Assembly: GCA_943914515.1 (NCBI GenBank)
Contig: CALUCI010000003.1
Location: 6,494-70,493 of the forward strand
Length of the DNA: 64,000 nucleotides
From: an uncultured Pseudomonas sp.
Lineage (GTDB): Bacteria; Pseudomonadota; Gammaproteobacteria; Pseudomonadales; Pseudomonadaceae
Direction: 5' to 3'
This document shows positions 20,797-30,367 of this stretch, one piece after another (positions within the stretch are counted from its first letter, which is position 1; the number at the start of each line of letters is the position of its first letter). Under the pieces are notes generated by a model that saw only the letters and a program-made list of their open reading frames with translations, did not search any database and was not told where the DNA came from. The position numbers were made by a program, and so were the translations under genes.

Positions 20797-21768
20797 ATGG
20801 GTCGAGTCGTTGCAGCGGCGGTGTACAGCGCCGGCAGGAAAGTCACCAACATCAGCCTCGACGAAGGCGCCGAATGGGCCAGGAAGCCCGGGCATTTCGT
20901 CTGGATCGGTCTGGAAGAACCCAATGCCCAGGAACTGGCCAACCTGCAACGCCAGTTCAACCTGCATGAACTGGCCATCGAGGATGCGCTGGAAAAACAC
21001 AGCCGGCCCAAGCTGGAAACCTTCGGCGATGCGCTGTTTATCGTGACCTACTCGCCGGTACGCCACGAAGGCAAACTGGAATTCATCGAGACCCACATCT
21101 TTGCCGGCAACGGCTACATCATCACCTGCCGCAACGGCCACTCGAAATCCTATGCGCTGGTGCGCCAGCGCTGCGAGGCGCGCCCGCTGCTGCTCGAACA
21201 CGGCGAAGACTTCGTGCTCTACGCCCTGCTCGACTTCGTGACCGAGAACTACCAGCCCGTCAGCGAGGCCATCCACGGCGAAATCGAAGAACTGGAGCAA
21301 AGCGTGCTCAGCGGGTCGCTGCAGGAAGAGGACATCCGCCGTATCCACAGCCTGCGTCGCGACATCCTGCGTCTGCGCCGTTACGTGGCACCGATGGTGG
21401 AGGTCAGCGAAGAATTGCAGCGTCTGGCCTTCCCCTTCATCGACAAGAACATGCGCCCGTACTTTCGCGACGTGCAGATTCACGTCACGCGGCAGATGGA
21501 AGACCTGGCAGGAATCCGCGACATCGCCAGCCAGACCATCGAGATCGGCATGCTGCTGGAGTCGTCACGGCAGAGCATCGTGCAACGCAAGTTCGCCGCC
21601 TGGGCGGCGATCCTGGCGTTCCCCACCGCGGTGGCGGGGATCTACGGCATGAACTTTCAGAACATGCCGGAGCTGGGCTGGCACTACGGCTACTTCGCCG
21701 TACTGGGGGTGATCGCGGTGGGCTGCACCGCGCTGTATGGCAGCTTCAAGCGCTCGGGCTGGCTTTAG
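20797..21768 (+). CDS. corA: Magnesium/cobalt transporter CorA family
   Basis: HELAIED, RPKLE, YGMNF signature and two C-terminal TMs. Confidence 0.92.
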   Translation: MGRVVAAAVYSAGRKVTNISLDEGAEWARKPGHFVWIGLEEPNAQELANLQRQFNLHELAIEDALEKHSRPKLETFGDALFIVTYSPVRHEGKLEFIETHIFAGNGYIITCRNGHSKSYALVRQRCEARPLLLEHGEDFVLYALLDFVTENYQPVSEAIHGEIEELEQSVLSGSLQEEDIRRIHSLRRDILRLRRYVAPMVEVSEELQRLAFPFIDKNMRPYFRDVQIHVTRQMEDLAGIRDIASQTIEIGMLLESSRQSIVQRKFAAWAAILAFPTAVAGIYGMNFQNMPELGWHYGYFAVLGVIAVGCTALYGSFKRSGWL

Positions 21769-22474
21769 GCTGGGACACGAACCGCATCATCCACTCGGCG
21801 ACCGTCTGCCCCTGGTGGTCGACGCCGAGGCTGTCGATGCCTTTGCGATAGACCGTGTCGCCCAGATGCTCCTGACGTATTTCGAGCAGCGCCCGCGAAT
21901 AGTCGTGGATGAATTCCGGATGACCCTGGAAACACAGCACCTGGTCACCGATGTGATAGGCCGCGTAGGGACAGAAGTCGCTGGAGGCGATCACCGTGGC
22001 GTTTTCCGGTAATGCGGTGACCTGATCCTGGTGGCTGATCAGCAAGGTCAGTTCCTCCACCTGCGGGCTCATCCACGGCGCCTTGGCGGCCATCACGTAA
22101 CGGTGGGTGCCGACGCCCCAGCCCTGAGTGGCGCGTTCGGTCTTGCCGCCCAGCAGCAAGGCCAGCAGTTGATGGCCAAAGCACACCCCCAGCAGCTTGT
22201 CGCCACGGCGGTAGCGTTCCAGCAGGTACTGCTTGAGTCTTTCGATCCAGGGATCGTCACCGAAGGAGTCGGCCTTGCTGCCGGTGACGAGGTAGGCATC
22301 AAACACCTCGTCATCGGGCGGGTAATGGCCATTCATCACGTTGTAGACGCTGAATTCGGCGGCGATTGGCTGGTGAGTGAACAGTTGCTCGAACATCCGT
22401 CCATAGCCCTGATACTGCTCGACCAGTTCAGGCCGCAGGACGTCGGTTTCCAGGATGCAGATGCGTAACGACAT
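21746..22474 (-). CDS. Class I glutamine amidotransferase-like protein
   Basis: GVCFGHQ and FQGHPEF catalytic motifs. Confidence 0.9.
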   Translation of the reverse strand: MSLRICILETDVLRPELVEQYQGYGRMFEQLFTHQPIAAEFSVYNVMNGHYPPDDEVFDAYLVTGSKADSFGDDPWIERLKQYLLERYRRGDKLLGVCFGHQLLALLLGGKTERATQGWGVGTHRYVMAAKAPWMSPQVEELTLLISHQDQVTALPENATVIASSDFCPYAAYHIGDQVLCFQGHPEFIHDYSRALLEIRQEHLGDTVYRKGIDSLGVDHQGQTVAEWMMRFVSQPKASPSA

Positions 22475-22815
22475 AGACTTGGCCCTGAACGACAGTGGTG
22501 AAAAAACACCGGTAGAGCGTGCCGCGATTATGGGCAGCAGGCAAGCATTCCCTCGGACGAACGGTCATTTCCCTTCACTTCGAAAGTGTATCCCGTTCAA
22601 GCGTCTAGCCAGCCCTACGTCAGGCCTATGGCATAAAGCCTCATAAGAAAATGCGTTAACAGTACTAAGGTCGAGACGAAACAGTTCTAAAACAGCGGTA
22701 ACGTTACCCCTAAGGTTGGTTGTATACCCATATTCAGCAGGTTTGCGACCAATACGGAAAGCCCGTGCACTGACTGGTCGGCAAGCCCTGGAAAAGGAAG
22801 CCGCCCGCTCTCAGG

Positions 22816-22829
22816 AATAACAACAAAAA
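22816..22829 (+). promoter_or_regulatory. A-rich Hfq/Crc (CA) motif
   Basis: AATAACAACAAAAA (AAnAAnAA) just upstream of ATG 22841. Confidence 0.6.
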
Positions 22830-22840
22830 GGCAGTCAGCC

Positions 22841-22936
22841 ATGTTCAAACAACACAAGGTACGTCAGGCAGGACTCATTCTGTTCGCCACCACATTGCTG
22901 TTGATCGTCCCCAACCTCACGCGACTGTTCGGCTGA
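22841..22936 (+). CDS. Small 31-aa putative membrane peptide
   Basis: MFKQHKVRQAGLILFATTLLLIVPNLTRLFG*: basic N-terminus plus hydrophobic core; below the ORF track cutoff. Confidence 0.65.
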   Translation: MFKQHKVRQAGLILFATTLLLIVPNLTRLFG

Positions 22937-23006
22937 CCGGCCGGGCTTTTCAGCGCACTTCAAGCTCTGGTGTATGCTGCCGGCCCTCACTGGTTGGAGT
23001 TTCCCC

Positions 23007-23807
23007 ATGCGCTACTGCGTCACGCTGCTGCTCGCCGTGCTGAGCCTGCCCTTGTCGGCAGCACAACTGACCCTGGAACTGGGTTCCGGTACCAGGCAAT
23101 GGCAGAGCGAGGCGCTGCTCAAGCACCCGCAGGCGCGGGATATCCGGATTGACCAGGACGTGTCGTACAAGAAGCCCATGACCTACCGCGCAGTGCCGCT
23201 GGCGGCCCTGCTCGAAGGCGTGAAGCCGGGTGACCACCTGCAGGCCGTGGCCCTCGATGGCTTTGCCGCCGAGATGCCCGCCGCCCCGCTGCTGCAGAGC
23301 GGCCCGGCACAGGCCTGGCTGGCAGTGGAAGACCCGGCGCAGCCGTGGCCGCCCCTGGGCCCGGACAAGCCCGGCGCAGGCCCGTTCTATCTGGTCTGGA
23401 CCCACCCCGAAGCCGGCAACATCAGCCCCGAACAATGGCCGTTCCAGGTCGCCAGCATCCGCCGCCTGCAACCAGTGGCCGAACGTTTTCCCGCACTGCG
23501 CCCGGCGCCCGGCCTGAGCGCCGACGATCCGGTCAGTCGGGGCTTCGCCCTGTTCCAGAAAAACTGCATGGCCTGTCATCGCCTCAACGGTGCCGGCGAC
23601 GCCCAGTTCGGCCCGGATCTGAACCGTCCCTACAACCCCACCGAATACCTGCGCCCGGAGTTTCTGCGGCGCCTGATCCGTGACCCGCAGAGCCTGCGCC
23701 AGTGGCCGCAGGCGCGGATGCCGGGCTTCGCGCCGAGCGTGCTGCCAGAGGCCGACCTCGACGCCCTGCTCGCCTACCTCGCCCATATGGCCAAGCGCAA
23801 ATCCTGA
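23007..23807 (+). CDS. Periplasmic c-type cytochrome
   Basis: Signal peptide, CMACH heme motif, GPDLN, distal Met (RMPGF); GGAG SD before ATG 23007. Confidence 0.88.
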   Translation: MRYCVTLLLAVLSLPLSAAQLTLELGSGTRQWQSEALLKHPQARDIRIDQDVSYKKPMTYRAVPLAALLEGVKPGDHLQAVALDGFAAEMPAAPLLQSGPAQAWLAVEDPAQPWPPLGPDKPGAGPFYLVWTHPEAGNISPEQWPFQVASIRRLQPVAERFPALRPAPGLSADDPVSRGFALFQKNCMACHRLNGAGDAQFGPDLNRPYNPTEYLRPEFLRRLIRDPQSLRQWPQARMPGFAPSVLPEADLDALLAYLAHMAKRKS

Positions 23808-23810
23808 GGG

Positions 23811-24605
23811 TCACTGCTGGGCCGAGAACCCGGACGTGACCAGCACGTTGGCATGCATCTGCTCGTAACCGCCGCCGCGGCGCATGCCGCGAACCGGGCA
23901 GGCGTCCAGGTAGTCCAGCCCCACCGCCAGTTTCAGGTGCCGCTGTGGCACGGCAAGCTGGTTGGTCACGTCGAAGCTGTACCAGGCGTCATCGAGCCAG
24001 GCCTCGGCCCAGGCGTGGCTGGCCATGTGCTGGTTGTCGTCATCGAACAGATAGCCCGAGACATAGCGGGCCGGGACCAACAGGCTGCGGGCACAGGCGA
24101 TGAACGCATGGGCATGGTCCTGGCAGACCCCGGCGCCACCGGCGAACGCCTGCGCGGCACTGGTTTCCACTGCCGTCGCCCCCGGCCGATAGGCCATGCG
24201 CTCATGCAGGCCGCCCATCAGATCGATCAGTGCCCCGCGATCACGCCGCGCGCCGCAGCGCTGGTCGGCGAAGTCGCGCAGCGCTTCGTCGGCCTCGGTC
24301 AGCCGGGTGAAGCGCAGAAACGGCAAGGGTGACTGCGCTTCGTGTTCGGACTCGCGGGTCGGGTCGATCTCGACCTCGCCACGGGCAGAAATCAGCAGGT
24401 CGGCATGGGGCTCTTCCAGACTGAGCACATGCAGGATGTTGCCGAACGGGTCACGTCGGGCCTGCGCCGGGCGCGGCAGATCGAGCTGCCACTGCAGCAC
24501 CTGCTGGCGCTCGTTGTTCGGCGGGGTCAGGCGCAGGTACTGGATGCTGGTACGGACCTGGTCTTCGTAGTGGTAGGCGGTTTCGTGGCTAATGGTCAGT
24601 CTCAT
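23811..24605 (-). CDS. Transglutaminase family protein
   Basis: GVCQDHAH, ARYVSGY, SHAWAE, FDVTN: Cys-His-Asp triad intact. Confidence 0.92.
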   Translation of the reverse strand: MRLTISHETAYHYEDQVRTSIQYLRLTPPNNERQQVLQWQLDLPRPAQARRDPFGNILHVLSLEEPHADLLISARGEVEIDPTRESEHEAQSPLPFLRFTRLTEADEALRDFADQRCGARRDRGALIDLMGGLHERMAYRPGATAVETSAAQAFAGGAGVCQDHAHAFIACARSLLVPARYVSGYLFDDDNQHMASHAWAEAWLDDAWYSFDVTNQLAVPQRHLKLAVGLDYLDACPVRGMRRGGGYEQMHANVLVTSGFSAQQ

Positions 24606-25552
24606 ACGACCTCCAGGTAAGCACTGTGAATGGCGTTGCCCAGCTCACGCACCCGCGGAATGTAATCGTTCAACCAGGGGTGCAGGCCTTGCGAAAGAAT
24701 TTCGTCGATACCGGTGTAGCGCAGGCGCGCATCCACTTCCGCTGCCAGACGCTGGGCCGGCAGGCCGTTCCTGCCGGGAAGGCTGGCGAGGATCTGGTCG
24801 ATTTCTTCGGTGCAGGCGCGCAGTGAACGGGGCACATCGGCACGCAGGAGCAGCAGTTCGGCTACATGGCGAGCCGTGGGGGCGTCGCGGTAGATCTCGG
24901 TATAGGCCTCGAACGAGGACAGGGCGCGGAGCAAGGCGCTCCACTGGTAGTAACCACGGGCGGAACTGTCACTGACGTTTTCGGCCTCCTCGCCGAACAT
25001 CTCGTAGCGGGCATCGAGCAGACGCAGGGTGTTGTCGGCGCGCTCGATGAAGGTGCCCAGGCGAATGAAGCGGAACGCGTCGTTACGCATGATCGTGCCG
25101 TAGGTGGCGCCACGGAACAGGTGCGAGCGCTCCTTGATCCACTCGCAGAAGCGGCTCATGCCGTAACGGCCCAGCCCCTGTTCGGCAATGCCGCGAATCT
25201 CCAGCCAGGTGGCGTTGATGTTTTCCCACATGTCGGCGGTGATGCGCCCGCGCACGGCGTGGGCACAGGCTCGTGCCGCGCCGAGGCAACTGTAGATGCT
25301 TGCCGGGTTTTCCGGGTCGAGGGCGAAGAAATGCAACAGGCGCTCGGCGTGCAACTGACCGTGGCGCGACAGGTAGTCGTCCAGGGTGCCGGTGATGCGC
25401 AGCGCCAGGGCCATTTCGTCGAGGCCGTCGCCGCGGCCGTCCTGCGGCATCAGCGAGAGCGAATAGCTGACATCGAGCATCCGTGCGAGGTTTTCCGCCC
25501 GCTCCAGATAGCGCGACATCCAGTACAGATCCGAAGCCGTTCTACTGAGCAT
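24602..25552 (-). CDS. Alpha-E domain protein
   Basis: MLSRTA..LYWMSRYLERAEN.AR and a second FIERADNT (ER motifs); 4-bp overlap with the transglutaminase gene. Confidence 0.92.
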   Translation of the reverse strand: MLSRTASDLYWMSRYLERAENLARMLDVSYSLSLMPQDGRGDGLDEMALALRITGTLDDYLSRHGQLHAERLLHFFALDPENPASIYSCLGAARACAHAVRGRITADMWENINATWLEIRGIAEQGLGRYGMSRFCEWIKERSHLFRGATYGTIMRNDAFRFIRLGTFIERADNTLRLLDARYEMFGEEAENVSDSSARGYYQWSALLRALSSFEAYTEIYRDAPTARHVAELLLLRADVPRSLRACTEEIDQILASLPGRNGLPAQRLAAEVDARLRYTGIDEILSQGLHPWLNDYIPRVRELGNAIHSAYLEVV

Positions 25553-25555
25553 GAT

Positions 25556-26965
25556 TCAATCCTCGACTACCCAGGTGTCCTTGGTACCGCCCCCCTGGGA
25601 CGAGTTCACCACCAGCGAGCCCTCGCGCAGCGCCACCCGCGTCAGGCCACCGGGCACCACGCGGGTCTCCCGGCCGGACAGGACGAAGGGGCGCAGGTCG
25701 ATGTGCCGCGGTGCGATGCCGTTTTCGACGAAGGTCGGGCAGGTCGACAGCGACAGGGTCGGCTGGGCGATGTAGGCCGCAGGGCGAGCCTTGATGCGTT
25801 CGGCGAAAGCGGCGATTTCCGCCTTGGTCGAGGCCGGCCCGACCAGCATGCCGTAGCCGCCGGAGCCCTGGGTTTCCTTGACCACCAGGTCCGGCAGATT
25901 GGCCAGCACGTGGGACAGTTCCTCGGGCTTGCGGCACTGCCAGGTGGGGACGTTCTTCAGGATCGGCTCTTCGTCCAGGTAAAAACGGATCATGTCGGTG
26001 ACATAGGGGTAGACCGACTTGTCATCGGCCACGCCAGTACCGATGGCGTTGGCCAGCACCACGTTGCCGCAGCGATAGGCCGAGAGCAGCCCGGGAACGC
26101 CAAGCATGGACTCCGGGTTGAACGCCAGCGGATCGAGAAAGGCATCGTCCAGACGACGGTAAATCACGTCCACCGGCTTCGGCCCGTCGGTGGTGCGCAT
26201 GAACACCCGCTCGTCACGCACGAACAGGTCGGCGCCCTCCACCAGTTCCACGCCCATTTCCCGGGCAAGGAACGCATGTTCGAAGAACGCGCTGTTGAAG
26301 CGACCGGGCGTCAGCACCACGACGCTGGGGTTGTCCAGCGGGCTGGAGGTTTTCAGGGTATCGAGCAGCAGGTTCGGGTAATGGTCGATGGGGGCGATGC
26401 GCTGCGCTGCGAACAGTTCGGGGAACAGCCGCATCATCATCTTGCGGTCTTCGAGCATGTAGCTCACGCCGCTGGGCGTGCGCAGGTTGTCTTCGAGAAC
26501 GTAGTAGCTGCCATCGCCGTCACGCACCAGGTCGACCCCGGAAATGTGCGCATAGATGTCGCGGTGCAGATTGAGCCCCTGCATCGCCAACTGGTATTGC
26601 TCGTTGGCCAGTACCTGCTCGGCCGGAATGATTCCGGCGCGGATGATCCGCTGCTCGTGGTAAAGGTCGCAAAGAAACATGTTCAGCGCGCGCACCCGCT
26701 GGATGCAGCCACGCTCGACGACCCGCCATTCGCTGGCGGGGATGGCGCGGGGAATGGTATCGAACGGAATCAGCCGCTCGGTACCCTGCTCGTCCCCGTA
26801 CAAGGTGAAGGTGATACCGGCGCGATGGAACAGCAGGTCGGCCTCACGCCGACGCTGCGCCAACAATTCCGGCGGGGTCTGCGCCAGCCAGCGGGCGAAT
26901 TCCCGGTAATGCGGACGGAGCTGACCGTCGGCGGCGTACATCTCATCATAGAACGTGCGGATCAT
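25556..26965 (-). CDS. Circularly permuted type 2 ATP-grasp protein
   Basis: VLEDNLRTPSGVSY, DVIYRRLDD, GSGGYGM, GGLTRVAL, VVNSSQGGGTKDTWV; ATG 26965 after AAGGAG. Confidence 0.93.
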   Translation of the reverse strand: MIRTFYDEMYAADGQLRPHYREFARWLAQTPPELLAQRRREADLLFHRAGITFTLYGDEQGTERLIPFDTIPRAIPASEWRVVERGCIQRVRALNMFLCDLYHEQRIIRAGIIPAEQVLANEQYQLAMQGLNLHRDIYAHISGVDLVRDGDGSYYVLEDNLRTPSGVSYMLEDRKMMMRLFPELFAAQRIAPIDHYPNLLLDTLKTSSPLDNPSVVVLTPGRFNSAFFEHAFLAREMGVELVEGADLFVRDERVFMRTTDGPKPVDVIYRRLDDAFLDPLAFNPESMLGVPGLLSAYRCGNVVLANAIGTGVADDKSVYPYVTDMIRFYLDEEPILKNVPTWQCRKPEELSHVLANLPDLVVKETQGSGGYGMLVGPASTKAEIAAFAERIKARPAAYIAQPTLSLSTCPTFVENGIAPRHIDLRPFVLSGRETRVVPGGLTRVALREGSLVVNSSQGGGTKDTWVVED

Positions 26966-26999
26966 GCCGAACTCCTTGTCACCCGTGCACAAGCACAGT

Positions 27000-27083
27000 C
27001 GCAAAGCCCGTGCCAGCGGCATTAATCCTTTGTAATCAAAGAGTTGGAAATAATCAGGAAAGACGCCGCACCAGACTTGTGCA
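27000..27083 (-). promoter_or_regulatory. sigma54 promoter with IHF site and NtrC-like site
   Basis: Minus strand TGGCACG-GGCT-TTGCG (27000-27015); IHF consensus AATCAA-AGAG-TTG (27034-27046); CGCACC-AGACT-TGTGCA (27067-27083). Confidence 0.75.
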
Positions 27084-27166
27084 GCACGGCCCACAGAATT
27101 GGGGCGAGCGCTTCATTGCGAAGCGTGGGATTGCCCGGGGCGACTATCGCCACCCCGGGACGCGGT

Positions 27167-27499
27167 TCAGGTAACCGGGCGCTCCTGCTTCACTCCCCAG
27201 CCCTGGACCTCACCGCCCAGTGGCGCTATCACGGCTTCGAAATCCTGTTCGAATTCGCCGATGCCACCGTGGGTGGCGTACATGATCTTGCTCAGTTCCA
27301 GCTCCCAGCCACCGTCATCACCCTCATGTACCTGGGCACACAGCGACTCGCCCCGAAACTTGCCTGCTGCCCTGCGCGCCCGATCCTCGTCCGGGAAAAC
27401 CGCGTAGAACTCGATGGGATGGATTTGTGCGAAGTCGAAACCGCCTTCTTTCATGCGGTGCAACACCGCGCTGCTGATGTCCTCGTACAAGTTGCTCAT
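27167..27499 (-). CDS. RraB-like (ribonuclease E inhibitor) family protein
   Basis: Small acidic protein, G.DF...HPIEFY..F and C-terminal GG...GWG pattern; GAGGAGG SD. Confidence 0.75.
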   Translation of the reverse strand: MSNLYEDISSAVLHRMKEGGFDFAQIHPIEFYAVFPDEDRARRAAGKFRGESLCAQVHEGDDGGWELELSKIMYATHGGIGEFEQDFEAVIAPLGGEVQGWGVKQERPVT

Positions 27500-27683
27500 G
27501 AAACGTCCTCCTCACTGACGATGGATAGACTTTCAACGCTTGCGCACTTACCCCTGGCGCTGGACGCGGGCGGGGTACTCGAGCGAGTGGAGCAGTGAAC
27601 GACAAAGGCCGGCGTCACAAAACCGACGACCTTGCCTAGCAGCGTAGCGGTAGAGCCGGCACATCGCCAGCCGATGCCCCTAT

Positions 27684-27920
27684 TCAGGGCTTTTCGTTGA
27701 TTTCGGTGATTTCCACGCCGTTCTGCTCCTTGAGCCATTTCGCGGTCGGACAGTCGGCACGGTCCTGAAAATCGTTGAGGTCGAGTTCATCCATGACCGG
27801 GAACAGGTGCCCACGAACCCGTCGTGCGGCGTCTTCGATGCCCGGACGGTGCTCGGCGGCAAGCAGCAGCGAGGTGCGCTCGCCTTTCTGGTCAACAAAG
27901 ATGATTTCCCACTCTTTCAT
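27684..27920 (-). CDS. Hypothetical protein (78 aa)
   Basis: GAGGA SD then ATG 27920 (MKEWEIIFVD...); host-like codon usage. Confidence 0.65.
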   Translation of the reverse strand: MKEWEIIFVDQKGERTSLLLAAEHRPGIEDAARRVRGHLFPVMDELDLNDFQDRADCPTAKWLKEQNGVEITEINEKP

Positions 27921-28025
27921 CTGGCGTGTCCTCGATGGCAGGTACGGGATTACTTGCGAGCTACCTTCCGTTGACCTTTGCCGGTGGCCATTGTTCAAGT
28001 GGGTTCAACAGGCGGTGCAGAAATG

Positions 28026-28061
28026 AAAAACCCCCTTCGCTGGCAAGCCAGCGAAGGGGGT
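28026..28061 (-). terminator. Intrinsic terminator after the LTA synthase-like gene
   Basis: CCCCCTTCGCTGGC-AA-GCCAGCGAAGGGGG with an A-run on the left (U-tract on the minus strand). Confidence 0.85.
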
Positions 28062-28079
28062 AAAGATACCCTCAGGCGG

Positions 28080-30164
28080 TCAGTCAGGTATGCCGTGGAC
28101 TACGCCAGCGGTGTTGTCCAGCAGGCTCTTGGTCGCGGTCTGGATGAAGGCTTCGAGCTTCTTGAGCATCTCGGCCTGGTCCGGGCTCTCGATCAGTTCG
28201 GCCTTGAACTCGCGGCCCAGCTCGTAGCGGTACAGGCGCGGCGACATGTCTTTGGACTCGATCAGCACCCGGTCACCCTGGATCAGGCCGACGATCTGCT
28301 CGCTGCCCGACGGTTTGACCATGCCCACGCCCTGGTCGCCTTCCGGCAGGTTGAGCAGGTCGCGTCCCCAGCACTGGTGACGGGTTTCGCCGCCCAGACG
28401 GCCCATGATGGTCGGCACGATGTCGATCTGGGTGCCGACGGTGTGGTCACGCTTGCCGAACTTCTCCTGGATGCCAGGCGCGATCAGCAACAGCGGGATG
28501 TTGAAACGGCCCAGGTCCAGTTCGGTGACTTGCTGGTGGTTGCCGAAACCATGGTCGCCAACGATGACGAACAGGGTTTCCTTGAAGTACGGCTCCTTGC
28601 GCGCTTTCTCGAAGAACTGGCCAAGCGCCCAGTCGGAATAGCGCATCGCGGTCAAGTGCTCGTCGAGGCGGCCGGAACCGGTCACCGGTTCGACCGGCAG
28701 GTTTTTCGGCAAGGCGTACGGGGTGTGGTTGGACAGCGTCTGGAGCAAGGCATAGAACGGCTTCTTGCCATAGTTGTGCGCCAGTTCCTGGGCGCCGCGG
28801 TCGAACATGTCCTGGTCGGACACGCCCCAGGTCGGGTCGGAGAACACCGGATTGACGAAGTCATTGCGGCCGATGAAGGTGGTCATGCCCTGGTTGCCGA
28901 AGAAACCGGACTGGTTGTCCCAGGCAAAATCACCGTTGTAGACGTAGACGTCATCGTATTTGCGCGGGCTGAGCAGCGCCGGCAGGCCGGACAGCTTGTG
29001 GCCGCCTTCCGGGGTCTGCATCAGGTACTCGAAGCCCGGCAGGTTCGGGAAGCAGGCCATGGTGGCGAACATGCCCTGGTGGGTATGGGTACCGTTGGAG
29101 AAGAAGCGGTCGAACAACAGACCTTCTTCGGCCAGCTTGTCGAAGTACGGGGTGATATTGCCGGCCGCGCCCAGGGCACCGACGGAATGCCCGGCGAAGC
29201 TTTCCATCAGGATGATCACGACGTTCTTGATCGGCAGGGTGTTCTCGGCCGGCGGCGTGAAGTCACGGCGGATCGCCGCACTGTCGGCGTCGACCAGCTT
29301 GTCGTGCGGGGTCAGCAGCATGTCACGCACGGTCTGCAGGGCAACCTTCTGGTCGAGGGTCGACTTCCAGATGTTGTCACGGTCTTCGGACATGCGACTC
29401 TTGGCCGCGTCGATCAGGGTCAGGGTGCCGTTGAGGCCGAGCTGGTTGACGAAGTTCGAGTCAGTGGTGAAGGCATCGCCCCAACGCATCGGCGGACCTT
29501 GACGCAGGGTGCCGCGAGCGGCGATCACGGCCACCAGCAGAATCACCACGAACACCACACCGCGCGCATACCAGGGTGCGACGCTGCGTACGCCGGCGAG
29601 GTTGCTCTGGTATTCGCCGCGTGGCCGGGTCAGGCGATCGATGCCTTTGAACAGCAGGCTCATGACGATGGTGCCGCCGACCCAGGCCAGCAGGTAACGC
29701 ACCACCGGGAATCCGTACCAGAGCATGCTGCCGACGGTTTTCGGGTCTTCCTTGATGTACTGGAACACCAGGCCGTTGAGGCGCTGGTGGAACTCACGGT
29801 AGAAGTCCATCTCGACCAGGCCGAGGAACAGCACAATGCTCGAGGTCACGGTCAGCCACAGGCGGAAGAAGCCGCGGGCCGCCATGGCCCGGGCACTGAG
29901 TACGGCCAGCAGCAGCGGAATGCTCAGGTACACCACCACCCGCAGGTCGAAGCGCAAGCCGTTGAGGAAACCTTCCGCTACGGTCGAGCCTGGCGTGTCG
30001 CCGATCATGTCGCTGTTGTAGGCCAGCAGTGCAAGCCGCACCAGACTGAGCATGAACATGATCGCCACGCCGCACAGCAGGGTGTAGAGCAGGTGTGATT
30101 TGACCGTCGGTTGCACCGGCCGCGAAGCGGCCCGCTGACGATTCAAGGCGTCCGTGTTAGCCAT
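28080..30164 (-). CDS. LTA synthase family membrane sulfatase/phosphoglycerol transferase-like protein
   Basis: Five N-terminal TMs, NVVIILMESF, TLSNHTPY, VGDHG, QIDIVPT. Confidence 0.9.
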   Translation of the reverse strand: MANTDALNRQRAASRPVQPTVKSHLLYTLLCGVAIMFMLSLVRLALLAYNSDMIGDTPGSTVAEGFLNGLRFDLRVVVYLSIPLLLAVLSARAMAARGFFRLWLTVTSSIVLFLGLVEMDFYREFHQRLNGLVFQYIKEDPKTVGSMLWYGFPVVRYLLAWVGGTIVMSLLFKGIDRLTRPRGEYQSNLAGVRSVAPWYARGVVFVVILLVAVIAARGTLRQGPPMRWGDAFTTDSNFVNQLGLNGTLTLIDAAKSRMSEDRDNIWKSTLDQKVALQTVRDMLLTPHDKLVDADSAAIRRDFTPPAENTLPIKNVVIILMESFAGHSVGALGAAGNITPYFDKLAEEGLLFDRFFSNGTHTHQGMFATMACFPNLPGFEYLMQTPEGGHKLSGLPALLSPRKYDDVYVYNGDFAWDNQSGFFGNQGMTTFIGRNDFVNPVFSDPTWGVSDQDMFDRGAQELAHNYGKKPFYALLQTLSNHTPYALPKNLPVEPVTGSGRLDEHLTAMRYSDWALGQFFEKARKEPYFKETLFVIVGDHGFGNHQQVTELDLGRFNIPLLLIAPGIQEKFGKRDHTVGTQIDIVPTIMGRLGGETRHQCWGRDLLNLPEGDQGVGMVKPSGSEQIVGLIQGDRVLIESKDMSPRLYRYELGREFKAELIESPDQAEMLKKLEAFIQTATKSLLDNTAGVVHGIPD

Positions 30165-30367
30165 GAATTGGAAGATCCCAGGATTGAAAGGCGTTGACGC
30201 GAAGCGGCGGCACCGGGGCGGGTAGTCCCTTGTCTGGCCGGACCATTAGGCGAATGGATAATTGCGCGCGCGATTGTGTTCAATCGATTGTGAAAATTTT
30301 GTTGAAAACACGCGGTCGGCAGAACGCGCTATGGTTGCCGCTTCCTTTCCCACGGAGCGTCGCCTGC

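Noticed and set aside
22841..22936. Linking the 31-aa TM peptide to the islet as its Iap
   Set aside because: It lies 4 kb away among core genes with its own regulatory signals; nothing beyond size connects them.
24866..30098. Long plus-strand ORFs 24866..27025 and 27978..30098
   Set aside because: Antisense shadows of the ATP-grasp/alpha-E and LTA synthase genes.
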